In this document: one piece after another, positions 27,736 through 36,948 of the stretch
Layout of the letters: every line of letters starts with the position of its first letter
How positions within the stretch are numbered: position 1 is the stretch's first letter
Source of the DNA: Myxococcota bacterium
GTDB lineage: Bacteria > Myxococcota_A > UBA9160 > UBA6930
Direction: 5' to 3'
Assembly (NCBI GenBank): GCA_965223415.1
Contig: OZ245002.1
Coordinates: 2,592,001 to 2,656,000, forward strand
Length of the DNA stretch: 64,000 bases
The notes under the pieces: generated by a model
The model's input: the letters and a program-made list of their open reading frames with translations, nothing else
Told to the model about the DNA's origin: nothing
Databases searched by the model: none
Made by a program: the position numbers and the translations under genes

Positions 27736-29058
27736 TCACTTGCGCGCGACCACCACCGGCAGCCTCGTGTAGCCCTTCACGAACGACGAGAGGGTGCGAC
27801 TCGGCTCCTCCTGCACCTCGATCCGCTCGAAGCGCTGGAGGATCTCCTCCCACAGGACGCGGAGCTGGAGCTCCGCCAGGCGGCTGCCCATGCAGAAGTG
27901 GATGCCGTAGCCGAAGGAGAGGTGCCGCGAGGCGTTGGGGCGCTCGATGTCGAGCGCGTTCGCGTTCTCGAAGACGTCTTCGTCCCGGTTGCCGGAGACG
28001 TACCACATCAGCAGCTGATCGTGCTTCCGGATCGGCCGGCCGGCGAGCTCGCAATCGCGGGTGGCCGTCCGCCTCATGTAGGAGAGCGGCGTCTGCCAGC
28101 GGATCACCTCGGGCACCAGCTTCCGGACCAGACCCGGATCGGCCACGAGCTTGTCGTACTGCTCGGGGAACTGGTTGAGGGCGTAGACGCTTCCCGACAT
28201 GGTGTTTCGCGTGGTGTCGTTCCCGCCCACGATGAGCAGCAGGAGATTGCCCAGGTGATCGGCGGGGGCCATGTGACGGGTCGCCTCCCCGTGAACGAGC
28301 ATCGAGACCAGGTCGTGGCCGGGGCGCTTCCTGCGCTCCTCCCACAGCCCCGCGAAGTAGTCCAGGCACTCCATCATCTCCGCGCGCTTCTGGGTCTGGG
28401 ACTCGACGATGCCGCCGGGCTCGGGGATGGCGAAGACGATGTCGGACCATCGGGTCAGCTTCCGGCGGTCTTCGAAGGGGAAGTCGAAGAGCGTCGCCAG
28501 CATCGCGGTGGTGAGCTCGATCGAGACGGTGTCGACCCAGTCGAAGGTCTCGCCTTCGGGAAGCGAATCGAGCACGCGGCAGGTGCGCTCGCGGATGAGC
28601 GGCTCCAGCTTGACCAGATTGCGCGGCGCGACCGCGGGCTGCACCGTCTTGCGCTGCTCGGTCTGCCGGGGCGGATCCTGGGAGATGAACGGCGGCGACC
28701 CGAACCGGGCGCCCTCGGGAAGCTCGGACCCGACGCGAAAGCCCAGCGTGATTCCGTAGGCCGAGGAGAAGGTCGTCCAGTCGGAGCTGACCGTCTTGAT
28801 GTCGTCGTACTTCGTGACCGACCAGTAGCGCCCTGCCGTATCGATCTCGTTGAAGTGGACCGGGTCTTCCCTGCGCAGCCGCTCGAAGTAGCCCTGCCAG
28901 CGGTTCTCGCCGAACAGGTTCGCGTTCAGCGGGTTGATGTCCTCGAGGGGAAGCTCGTCGGCCGGGGCCACGCCGCGGCCCTTCTCCGCCTGCTCCTGCT
29001 CGGGAGTCCGGTACTCGAGCATGGCCGGCCGACCCGGGGCCGTCGCTGTCTCACTCAT
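27736..29058 (-). CDS. Cytochrome P450, CYP153-like
   Basis: LLIVGGNDTTRN, EVIRWQTPLSYMRR, HLSFGYGIHFCMG; AGGAGG SD. Confidence 0.92.
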   Translation of the reverse strand: MSETATAPGRPAMLEYRTPEQEQAEKGRGVAPADELPLEDINPLNANLFGENRWQGYFERLRREDPVHFNEIDTAGRYWSVTKYDDIKTVSSDWTTFSSAYGITLGFRVGSELPEGARFGSPPFISQDPPRQTEQRKTVQPAVAPRNLVKLEPLIRERTCRVLDSLPEGETFDWVDTVSIELTTAMLATLFDFPFEDRRKLTRWSDIVFAIPEPGGIVESQTQKRAEMMECLDYFAGLWEERRKRPGHDLVSMLVHGEATRHMAPADHLGNLLLLIVGGNDTTRNTMSGSVYALNQFPEQYDKLVADPGLVRKLVPEVIRWQTPLSYMRRTATRDCELAGRPIRKHDQLLMWYVSGNRDEDVFENANALDIERPNASRHLSFGYGIHFCMGSRLAELQLRVLWEEILQRFERIEVQEEPSRTLSSFVKGYTRLPVVVARK

Positions 29059-29115
29059 CCTGCTTCCTCCTGCTCGGATCCACTGGCCCATGGGCCTCGG
29101 TGGGGGGTGGCGCTT

Positions 29116-29130
29116 CCCCCCCCCCCCCCC
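29116..29130. repeat. C15 (G15 on minus strand) homopolymer
   Basis: 15 consecutive C in the fxsA-P450 intergenic region. Confidence 0.9.
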
Positions 29131-29193
29131 GGCCTCCCTGAGGATGAAGCGGCGGCTCCGATTGCGCTACTCGCCTGGTGGCTCCCCGCCGGC

Positions 29194-29646
29194 CTAAGGC
29201 TCGTCCGTTCGAATGGCGCGCACCTCCTTCTCCTCCCTCGGGCTCCACGCGTCCGGGTAGGAGACGTGCATCTCGACCCGTCCCTCGCGTACCGCCTTCT
29301 CGAGACGCCGCCGCAGCTCGCGACGGACCAGGCGGCGGAAGCCGGGCACGAGGCACAGGAAGCCCACCACGTCGGTCAGGACGCCCGGCGTCACGAGCAG
29401 CGCCCCTGCCACGAGCAGGAACGCGCCGTCGATCAGGGGATCGGCCGGCAGTCGCCCCTGGTCGGTCTCGGCCTGGAGGCGCCGCAGCACGCCGAGGCCC
29501 TGCCGTCGGGCGACGAAGGCGCCGACGACACCGGTCCCGGCGATGATCGCCAACGTGGCCAGGGTGCCGATGCGGCTGCCCAGCTCGATCAGCAGGGCGA
29601 GCTCGGCGGCCGGTACGACGACGAAGAGGAGGAGGAGACGACCCAT
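29194..29646 (-). CDS. fxsA: FxsA family membrane protein
   Basis: VPAAELALLI, ARRQG, LLVTPGVLTDVVG. Confidence 0.9.
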   Translation of the reverse strand: MGRLLLLFVVVPAAELALLIELGSRIGTLATLAIIAGTGVVGAFVARRQGLGVLRRLQAETDQGRLPADPLIDGAFLLVAGALLVTPGVLTDVVGFLCLVPGFRRLVRRELRRRLEKAVREGRVEMHVSYPDAWSPREEKEVRAIRTDEP

Positions 29647-29694
29647 CTCGGCGCGAGTGTAGGCGAACGGGGCGAGCCGGCGTGCGACCAGGGA

Positions 29695-30141
29695 TCAGCG
29701 GGCCTGGGCGGCCTCCTGCAACCGCAGGCCCTCGACGGTGATTTCGAGGGTCTCCACCGCCGTCTCGTCGTCCTTGGCGTCGAGGGACGGTCCCTCCCAC
29801 TTCGAGGGCCAGCCCCCTAGGAAGGCCCAGCGGATCACCGGCTCTCCCGCCTCGTTCAGCAGGCTGATGCTGCCGTCCCTGCGCTCGATCGTCCCGGCCG
29901 CCACGGTCTCGTGCCACTTCAAGAGCTGGAGGGCGACGATTCCGCGCTTCAGCGTGATCTTCGTGAGCTTGCGGAGGCCTGGGATCTTGCGAACGCGGAT
30001 GTCCTCGTCGTCTGTGCGGTACTCGATGACGTCGGTCTCGCTCGGAATGCCGCTGCACTCCGAGAAGCCCGCCACGTCGAGACCGTCGATCGTGAGGACG
30101 AAGTGGAAGGCCTTGTACGGGTCGTTGCGCTCTGTCGTCAT
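29695..30141 (-). CDS. T4 gp19-like tail tube protein (eCIS/Afp type)
   Basis: DPYKAFHF, AGFSECSG, IEYR, RKIPGL..ITLKRG, RRDGSISL, WPSKWEGP, VETLEI. Confidence 0.9.
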   Translation of the reverse strand: MTTERNDPYKAFHFVLTIDGLDVAGFSECSGIPSETDVIEYRTDDEDIRVRKIPGLRKLTKITLKRGIVALQLLKWHETVAAGTIERRDGSISLLNEAGEPVIRWAFLGGWPSKWEGPSLDAKDDETAVETLEITVEGLRLQEAAQAR

Positions 30142-30278
30142 CGCCGCGCGCCCTGGCTCTCCCCTTCCGGCGTCTTCTGGCCGATGCGGAACCCCACGAA
30201 CTCGGCGGGACGAAAGGGCGCGACGCCGACGAAGCAGATGAGCCTGCCGGTCAGCATGTCGCCCGGGCCGCAACCCGA
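30138..30278 (-). pseudogene. C-terminal remnant of a contractile tail sheath gene
   Basis: Manual translation DMLTGRLICFVGVAPFRPAEFVGFRIGQK matches the sheath C-terminal GxL..GxAPxxPAEF.xFR motif; its stop overlaps the tube ATG. Confidence 0.8.
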
Positions 30279-30546
30279 CTACACGCCGATCTGCTTCGGG
30301 ATCCGCCCGAACGCCCGGAACACGCCCCGCATGCACCGGTGCGCCACGTCCGGCTCGCAGTACATCATCGGGCAGCCGACGGCGATCACCTTCAGGCCCA
30401 GCCCGCACCAAGAACACCTCGTACCCGGCGCCCCTGATTCGGTCGGCGATGCCGTTGCCGATGGACGGCCCCTGGCCGGCCGAGGCCCCCGCGACGGCGA
30501 TCCGGTGCAAGGAGAGGAACTCCCGAGCGGCGTCTTCGGTCTTCAT
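30279..30546 (-). pseudogene. CoA-binding protein with internal deletion and frameshift
   Basis: N-part FLSLHRIAVAGAS..GYEVF and C-part VIAVGCPMMYCEPD..HRC lie in different frames; middle of the domain is missing. Confidence 0.7.
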
Positions 30547-30687
30547 GTGGGTCCTCCACGAGGATGGCGTGGGTGCCACGCCTGGCCTCGAAGGAAGCAA
30601 GCCACGTACCCGGCCGCGGCGCTCCTCGTGGAGCGTCGGATGCCGGTGGGTCCCGAACGCCACACACGAGGGTGCCTTGCTGCCGAC

Positions 30688-30721
30688 TTGACCATATGAC
30701 CGAATTAGTTAATCTGGTCAT
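30688..30721 (+). promoter_or_regulatory. Promoter with TetR-type operator
   Basis: TTGACC-16bp-TAATCT overlapped by inverted repeat ATGACCGAATTAGTTAATCTGGTCAT (30696-30721). Confidence 0.7.
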
Positions 30722-30741
30722 TCCGATTCGGGAGGTGTCCC

Positions 30742-31989
30742 ATGGCCGCCGCAGCCGCCGAGCCCGCCTTCGACGTCCGCAAGCCCATCAACCTGAGCAG
30801 CCCCGACTTCCACGAGCGCAAGTACGCCTGGTACGACTGGCTGCGCGAGGAGATGCCGGTGGCCCGGGCCCGGATCAGCCTGATCCAGATCCGCACGGTG
30901 GCCCGCTACGACGACTGCCGCCTGGTGCTCACGGATCCCCGCTTCGCGCGCAACCGCGGTCGTGCCCTCGGCAAGAAGCCCTTTGCCAGTCCGCTGCCGG
31001 TCCCGCTCCCGCGCTCGATCGCCGTGATCGCCGGGAGCATGATCCAGCAGGACGACCCGGAGCACCGTCGCCTCCGCAACCTGGTGAACCAGGCGTTCAC
31101 GAAGCGCGCGGTCGGCTCGCTCGAAGGCCGGGTCGAGGCCCTCTCCCACGAGCTCCTCGACCGGCTCGAGCCCCAGGGGCGGATCGACCTGCTGCAGACC
31201 TACGGCCGCCAGATCCCGACCCGCGTGATCGCCGAGATGCTCGGCATCGCGCGGGACGACATGCGGCAGTTCGAGGCGGGGCTGCGGGTGTTGACCGAGG
31301 GGCTCTCCGGGCTCGCGGTGGTACGCACCCTGCTCTGGGACCTGCGGCGCACGGCGAACCTGGTGCGCGACATCATCGCCCGCAAGCGCGCGGCGCCCGC
31401 CGACGACATGCTCTCGGCGCTGATCGAGGCGGAAGAGGAGGGGGACCGGCTCAGCGAGGACGAGCTCGTCGGCATGGTCTTCCTGCTCGCCATCGCCGGC
31501 TTCGAGACCACGATGCACCTGATCGGCAACAGCGTGCGCACCCTCCTCGAGCACCCGGACACCCTCGAGCGGCTGCGAGCCGAGCCCGCCCTGTGGGACC
31601 CGGCCGTCGAGGAGCTGGTGCGCTACCGCGGTCCCGTCCACGGCACGAAGATGCAGTGGGCGCGGGAGGACGTGACCCTCCACGGGGTCACCATCCCGAA
31701 GGGCACGCCGGTGATGCCGCTCCTCGGCGCCGCCAACCACGATCCGCGCGCCTTCGAGAAGCCCGAGGTCTTCGATCCTACCCGCTCGCCGAACCCGCAC
31801 CTGGGTTTCGGCTTCGGGGAGCACTTCTGCCTCGGTGCCCAGCTCGCCCGCATGGAGACGCGCGTCGCCCTGCGCAACTTGTTCGACCGCAACCCGGGCC
31901 TGGGCCTGGCCGTCGATCCCTCGAAGCTCCAGGTCCTGCCGATTCCCGGCTGGCACCGGCACGCGGAGCTGCCGGTGGCGCTCGGCTGA
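30742..31989 (+). CDS. Cytochrome P450
   Basis: AGFETT, EELVR, HLGFGFGEHFCLG. Confidence 0.95.
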   Translation: MAAAAAEPAFDVRKPINLSSPDFHERKYAWYDWLREEMPVARARISLIQIRTVARYDDCRLVLTDPRFARNRGRALGKKPFASPLPVPLPRSIAVIAGSMIQQDDPEHRRLRNLVNQAFTKRAVGSLEGRVEALSHELLDRLEPQGRIDLLQTYGRQIPTRVIAEMLGIARDDMRQFEAGLRVLTEGLSGLAVVRTLLWDLRRTANLVRDIIARKRAAPADDMLSALIEAEEEGDRLSEDELVGMVFLLAIAGFETTMHLIGNSVRTLLEHPDTLERLRAEPALWDPAVEELVRYRGPVHGTKMQWAREDVTLHGVTIPKGTPVMPLLGAANHDPRAFEKPEVFDPTRSPNPHLGFGFGEHFCLGAQLARMETRVALRNLFDRNPGLGLAVDPSKLQVLPIPGWHRHAELPVALG

Positions 31990-32678
31990 TGGCCGCGGCC
32001 CAGGGCGCGCAGACCGGTCTCGAGGCGGTGGCCGCCCAGCTCGAGGCCTTTCTCCACCCGGACACCGATCCCAGGCAGGCCCGCAAGCGCGAGGCGATCC
32101 TCGAGGCCGCGATGCAGCTCTTCATCGCCCACGGCTACCGCAAGACCACGGTCGACGAGGTGGCGGGCACGGCGGGCGTCGCCAAGGGCACCGTCTACCT
32201 CTACTACCGGAACAAGGCGGAGCTCTTCCTGCACGCCATCGCGCTCCAGAAGCGCGCCTACCTGGAAGCCATGGCGCCGGTCTTCGATCCGTCGCTTCCG
32301 GCGGCGGACCGGCTGCGCGAGCTGGTCGTGCTGAGCGTCGAGCTGAGCCACCGCATGCCGCTCCTCGCGCGCTTCGTGAACGGCGACGACGAGATCCAGC
32401 TGGCCCTCCGCGAGGTGGACGCGGGCACCCTCCAGGACGTGACCCGCACGCGCCTCGACTTCGCCGCCAGCCTGCTCGACGAGGCAGCCGGTGGTCGTTG
32501 GCCCCGCGAGGCCCTCGAGCGCCGGGCCCGGGTGCTGATGGATCTGGTGTTCGGCTTCGTGCACGGGGGACGCCTGGTCGGGAGCGGGCTCTCGCTCGGC
32601 GCCGAAGCCCGGGAGGTCGCGGATGTGGTGGTGGGCGGCATCCTGTCCAATCCACGCCCCGTCTCCGAGGTCCCGTAG
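31989..32678 (+). CDS. TetR/AcrR-family regulator
   Basis: GYRKTTVDEVA..GVAKGTVYLYY helix-turn-helix; TGATG coupling. Confidence 0.9.
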   Translation: MAAAQGAQTGLEAVAAQLEAFLHPDTDPRQARKREAILEAAMQLFIAHGYRKTTVDEVAGTAGVAKGTVYLYYRNKAELFLHAIALQKRAYLEAMAPVFDPSLPAADRLRELVVLSVELSHRMPLLARFVNGDDEIQLALREVDAGTLQDVTRTRLDFAASLLDEAAGGRWPREALERRARVLMDLVFGFVHGGRLVGSGLSLGAEAREVADVVVGGILSNPRPVSEVP

Positions 32679-32687
32679 ACTCCTCTC

Positions 32688-33031
32688 GTGATCCTCGTCT
32701 GGTACCTGCTGAGCTTCGTCGTCTCGGCGATCGGCATGTCGGCGCCCGAGCTGATGCTCGACCTCACCGCCTTGCGCCGGGGCCTCACCGACCTGGCGGT
32801 AGGCGACATCCTGGGCTCGACCTTCGTCGATACCACCCTGTCGGTCGGCATCGGTCCGCTGCTCGCACCGATCGCCGTGAGCGCGGTCCGGCCGTGCGGG
32901 GAAGCGCCGCGGCGGCGGTCGCGATCCTCCTGGTGGTGGGCCTGCTGGCCGCGACGCGCCGGCATGGTCGCTCGACGGGCGCGACGCTCGTTGCGCTGTA
33001 TGGCGGGCTGTACGCGGTCCTGCTCGGCTGA
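32688..33031 (+). pseudogene. C-terminal fragment of a Na+/Ca2+ (CaCA) antiporter, frameshifted
   Basis: Single alpha-repeat AIGMSAPEL..LAVGDILGS; terminal TM helices continue in another frame. Confidence 0.65.
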
Positions 33032-33060
33032 GGCGATACGGAACCCGCGGGAGGCAGAGA

Positions 33061-33852
33061 ATGGACCCGAGTCGTTACTTCGAGGAGCACTGGCGGGAGA
33101 TCGAGCCGGAGCGGATGGAGCGCTACGAGGCGATGTTCACCTGGCGGCCCGAGCACGAGGCGCTTATCGCGCCGGCACGCCTCGAGCCGGGCCAGAAGGT
33201 GGTCGATTTCGGCTCGGGGCCCGGCCATCTGGCCGTCGAGCTCGCTCGTCGGGTGCGCGAGGCCGGTCACGTGCACGGCATCGACCTGAACGCGGAGTTC
33301 GTGGCCCGCTCCCGACAGCGCGCCGAACAGGAGGGGCTCGCAGATCGCCTGACCTTCCACCACGTCACCGGGACGAAGCTGCCGTTGGACGACGGCTCCA
33401 TGGACCGGGTGATCTGCAAGAACGTCCTCGAGTACGTCCCGGACCTCGACACGACCCTGCGCGAGCTGCGGCGGGTCCAGCCTGCGGGTGGGCTCCTGCA
33501 CGCCATCGACAGCGACTGGGGCTTCGTCGTGGTCGAGCCCTGGCCGCCGGAGGTCGTGACCGAGTTCTTCACAGCGGCCGCTCACGCCTTCCGCGAGCCC
33601 AACATCGGCCGCAAGCTCCGCGCGGCGCTGCTACGCGCCGGCTACCGGGAGGTCGAGATCGCGGTGCAGCCGCTCGTGGACACCAGCGGCCTCACCCAGG
33701 TCGTGCTGCAGAACATGGCCTCCTACATCCGCGAGTTCAGGTCGCTCCCGGCCGCGCGGCTGGACGAGCTCATGGCCCAGGTAGGCGACGCCGCCGGGAA
33801 GAGCGAGTACCTCTTCGTCCTTCCCCAGTTCCTGGTAACCGCCAGGGCCTGA
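33061..33852 (+). CDS. SAM-dependent methyltransferase
   Basis: VVDFGSGPG, VHGID, LPLDDGSMD. Confidence 0.9.
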   Translation: MDPSRYFEEHWREIEPERMERYEAMFTWRPEHEALIAPARLEPGQKVVDFGSGPGHLAVELARRVREAGHVHGIDLNAEFVARSRQRAEQEGLADRLTFHHVTGTKLPLDDGSMDRVICKNVLEYVPDLDTTLRELRRVQPAGGLLHAIDSDWGFVVVEPWPPEVVTEFFTAAAHAFREPNIGRKLRAALLRAGYREVEIAVQPLVDTSGLTQVVLQNMASYIREFRSLPAARLDELMAQVGDAAGKSEYLFVLPQFLVTARA

Positions 33853-34016
33853 AAGGAAGAGAGGACGGCCCCGAGCACGTAGGAGGCGCGAAGAGCGTGA
33901 CAGCGGCGCCGTCACCCGTGACGTCGCGCTCACGTGACAGGGTCCACCATGGCCGGCGAAAGGCCGCCTGCGGTCGCGCCCTTGGGGAGCTGTGTGCACC
34001 ATCACGCGCGGGCAGC

Positions 34017-34032
34017 TGGCACGCAGCTTGCG
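34017..34032 (+). promoter_or_regulatory. Sigma54 (-24/-12) promoter
   Basis: TGGCACG-CAGC-TTGCG near-consensus, upstream of the 34083 ORF. Confidence 0.75.
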
Positions 34033-34082
34033 GTTTCCATGGAGGCCCGCAGCGAACACACCGCGGGCGAAGGAGGAACCCC

Positions 34083-34382
34083 ATGCATCGCTTCGTCTGC
34101 ACCCTCGTCACCCTGATCGCCTTCAGCCTCGCCTCGGTCGTCGTCGCGAGCGCCGCCGAGCCCGGCACCGTGAAGGGCACGATTCGCGTGGAGAAGAGCC
34201 TGGTCGGCACCGTGGAATCGGTGGAGGTGGTGGAGCCCACGGGCACGGCCACCACCATCGAGGGGCCGGCCCGCGACGTGCTCGCCACCCTCGGCGGCAA
34301 GGAGGTCGAGGTCCAGGGCAGCCTCGAGATCGCGGACGACGGCACCCGCAGGCTCCGGGCCGAGAGCTACGCGGTCCAGTAG
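34083..34382 (+). CDS. Small secreted beta-rich hypothetical protein
   Basis: AAGGAGG SD, signal peptide, GKEVEVQG OB-fold-like pattern. Confidence 0.75.
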   Translation: MHRFVCTLVTLIAFSLASVVVASAAEPGTVKGTIRVEKSLVGTVESVEVVEPTGTATTIEGPARDVLATLGGKEVEVQGSLEIADDGTRRLRAESYAVQ

Positions 34383-34451
34383 CGGACCACCCGACCGGGC
34401 CCGGAGGAGCGGGGAGGTGGGCCTTTGGCCTGCCTCCCCGCTCCGGCCAGC

Positions 34452-35591
34452 TCAGAACCCGCGCAGGCTCGCGAACCGGTCCCGGTGGTAGATCGCGTCG
34501 CCGAGGGTCAGCTCGGCGGCCTTCGCGCGCTTGAAGAAGAGGCCGATCTCCTCTTCGTCGGTCATGCCGATGCCGCCGTGCATCTGGAGCGCTTCGCTGG
34601 CGATCAGGCTCGCGACGTCCGAGCAGCGCGCCTTGGCGGCGCTGGCGATCTGGGAGAGGTCTTCCCGCTCCTCGTCCGCCGCGGCCAGGGCGTCCCGCAC
34701 GACGGAGCGGGCGAGCTCGAGCTCGCAGAACATGTCGGCGGCGCGGTGTCGGAGTGCCTGGAAGGTGCCGATCTTCACGCCGAACTGCTCTCGTTCTTTC
34801 AGGTAGGCGAGCGTCCGCTCGAAGGCCTCGTCGAAGGTACCGAGCATCTCGGCGCAGAGGCCGATCGTGGCCCGGTCGAACACCGCGTCGAGCAGGTCGG
34901 CGCCCGCGTCGAGCCGGCCGAGCACCTTCTCGGCCGCCACGCCAACGCCGTCGAGGGCCACGTCGGCCGCGTTTCGACCGTCCAGCATCTCGTTGCGTCG
35001 GACGCGGAGCCCCGCAGCGTCCGCCTCCACGACGAACAGGGTGAGCCCGTCGCGAGCGCCGGGCTCGCCGCTCGTACGCGCCACCACGATCAGGGGGTCG
35101 GCCACGTGGGCGTCGAGCACGAACTGCTTCCGGCCCTCGATGCGGTAGCCGCCGCCCTCGCGCTCGGCCCGGGTGGCGACGGCGTAGGGCTCGAAGCGGC
35201 CCTGCTCCTGGAAGGCCAGGGCGAGCAGGCGATCGCCGCTGCAGATCCCGGGCAAGAGGTCCTTCTTCAGCGGGTCGCTCCCGCCGAGCAGGACGGCGCT
35301 GCCGCCGAGCAGGACAGTCGAGAGGAAGGGCTCGGGGGCGAGCACCCGGCCGCACTCCTCGAGCACCACGCCGAGCTCGCCCATCCCCATCCCGGCGCCG
35401 CCGTACGCCTCGGGGACGAGAATGCCCGACCAGCCCATCTCGGCCATCTCCTTCCAGAGCGCCCGCGAGAAGCCGGTGGCGTCGACCGAGTCCCGCAGCT
35501 CGCGCATCCTCGAGACGGGGGACTTCTCGTCGAGGAAGCCCTTCGCCGTCTCCTTCAGGATCAGCTGGTCTTCGGAGAGGGTCAGTGCCAT
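34452..35591 (-). CDS. Acyl-CoA dehydrogenase (probable non-catalytic subunit type)
   Basis: REQFGVKIGTFQALRHR, QMHGGIG. Confidence 0.92.
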   Translation of the reverse strand: MALTLSEDQLILKETAKGFLDEKSPVSRMRELRDSVDATGFSRALWKEMAEMGWSGILVPEAYGGAGMGMGELGVVLEECGRVLAPEPFLSTVLLGGSAVLLGGSDPLKKDLLPGICSGDRLLALAFQEQGRFEPYAVATRAEREGGGYRIEGRKQFVLDAHVADPLIVVARTSGEPGARDGLTLFVVEADAAGLRVRRNEMLDGRNAADVALDGVGVAAEKVLGRLDAGADLLDAVFDRATIGLCAEMLGTFDEAFERTLAYLKEREQFGVKIGTFQALRHRAADMFCELELARSVVRDALAAADEEREDLSQIASAAKARCSDVASLIASEALQMHGGIGMTDEEEIGLFFKRAKAAELTLGDAIYHRDRFASLRGF

Positions 35592-35674
35592 GAGGTCTCC
35601 TTGCGGGATGGCGACGGCCGCTGGCATTCTACCGCTCTGCAACCCGCCCGCGCGGGCGCCTACCCGGAGGTTCC

Positions 35675-36832
35675 ATGGCATCCCTCGACGCGTTTCGAAG
35701 CGAGGTGCGCACCTGGCTGGCCGAGCACTGCCCCAAGGACGTGCGGGTCGGCTCCCGGGAGAAGCTCTCGCGCGCGCGCTTCGACGGGTGGGTCCGCGAG
35801 CTCGGTGACCGGGGCTGGGCGGCGCCGGGCTGGCCCACCGAGTACGGCGGTGGAGGGCTCGACCGGGCGCGCCAGGCGGTGCTCGCCGAGGAGTTGCGCG
35901 CGATCAAGGCGCCGCCGCCGGGGAGCTTCGGGCTCACCATGCTGGGGCCGACGATCCTCGAGCTCGGAACCGAGGAGCAGAAGCGAACGCACATCCCGCC
36001 GATCGCCCGCCACGACGTGATCTGGTGCCAGGGCTACAGCGAGCCCGGCGCCGGCTCGGACCTCGCAGGCCTGCAGACCCGCGCCGTGCTGGAGGGTGAC
36101 GAGTACGTCGTCACCGGCCAGAAGATCTGGACCACCGGCGCGCCCCACGCGGACTGGATCTTCTGCCTCGTGCGCACCGACCCAGACGCTCCCAAGCACG
36201 AGGGAATCAGCTTCCTCCTCTTCCCCATGCGCCAGGAGGGCGTCGAGGTCTTGCCGATCCGCTTGATCGACGGCAGCGAGCACTTCGCGCAGGTGTTCTT
36301 CGACGGCGCGCGGGCCAAGGCGAGCGACGTGATCGGTCCGGTCAACGGCGGCTGGACCGTCGCCAAGCGTCTGCTGCAGCACGAACGGGGCGTGTCCAAC
36401 CCGGAGGCGCGGGCCGCCGGCAGCCGCAAGCGAAAAGGGCTCATCGACCTGGCGCTGGAGCAGCTGGGAACCGACGGCGGCCGGCTCGCGGATCCCGCGC
36501 TCCGGGAGCGCATCGCCCAGCACGAGCTCGACTCGCAGGCCTTCGCGCTCACGATGAGGCGAGCCGCCGAGGAGGCCCGCGCCGGGCAGACCGGGCGCCA
36601 GATCGCCGCCATGTCGAAGTACTACTGGTCCGAGCTGGGAAAGCGGGAGCAGGACCTCGCCGTGCAGGTGCTCGGGAGTCGCGGGCTCGGCTGGAACGGC
36701 GAGGGGTTCGAGGACGCCGAGATCGCGCGCACGCGGCGCTGGCTGATCACCCGCGCCGATTCGATCTGGGGCGGCACGAGCGAGATCCAGCGCAACATCA
36801 TCGCGAAGCGCGTGCTGCTGATCCCCGAATAG
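35675..36832 (+). CDS. Acyl-CoA dehydrogenase (probable catalytic subunit type)
   Basis: WCQGYSEPGAGSDLA, GQKIWT, LQHER, IWGGTSEIQRNII. Confidence 0.93.
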   Translation: MASLDAFRSEVRTWLAEHCPKDVRVGSREKLSRARFDGWVRELGDRGWAAPGWPTEYGGGGLDRARQAVLAEELRAIKAPPPGSFGLTMLGPTILELGTEEQKRTHIPPIARHDVIWCQGYSEPGAGSDLAGLQTRAVLEGDEYVVTGQKIWTTGAPHADWIFCLVRTDPDAPKHEGISFLLFPMRQEGVEVLPIRLIDGSEHFAQVFFDGARAKASDVIGPVNGGWTVAKRLLQHERGVSNPEARAAGSRKRKGLIDLALEQLGTDGGRLADPALRERIAQHELDSQAFALTMRRAAEEARAGQTGRQIAAMSKYYWSELGKREQDLAVQVLGSRGLGWNGEGFEDAEIARTRRWLITRADSIWGGTSEIQRNIIAKRVLLIPE

Positions 36833-36948
36833 GATCTGCTCTGTGTGCACGAGCGCACCCTCCCCGGGAGGCCCCTTCCCGCCCGCGGTCGCAAGGGCGA
36901 GACCTAGGAGCCCCGAACGGCGTTACCCTCCCCGGAGCGGGAGGTCGC

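Noticed and set aside
29695..30141. Prophage
   Set aside because: No integrase, capsid, terminase or other phage genes; only an eCIS-type tube and a sheath remnant
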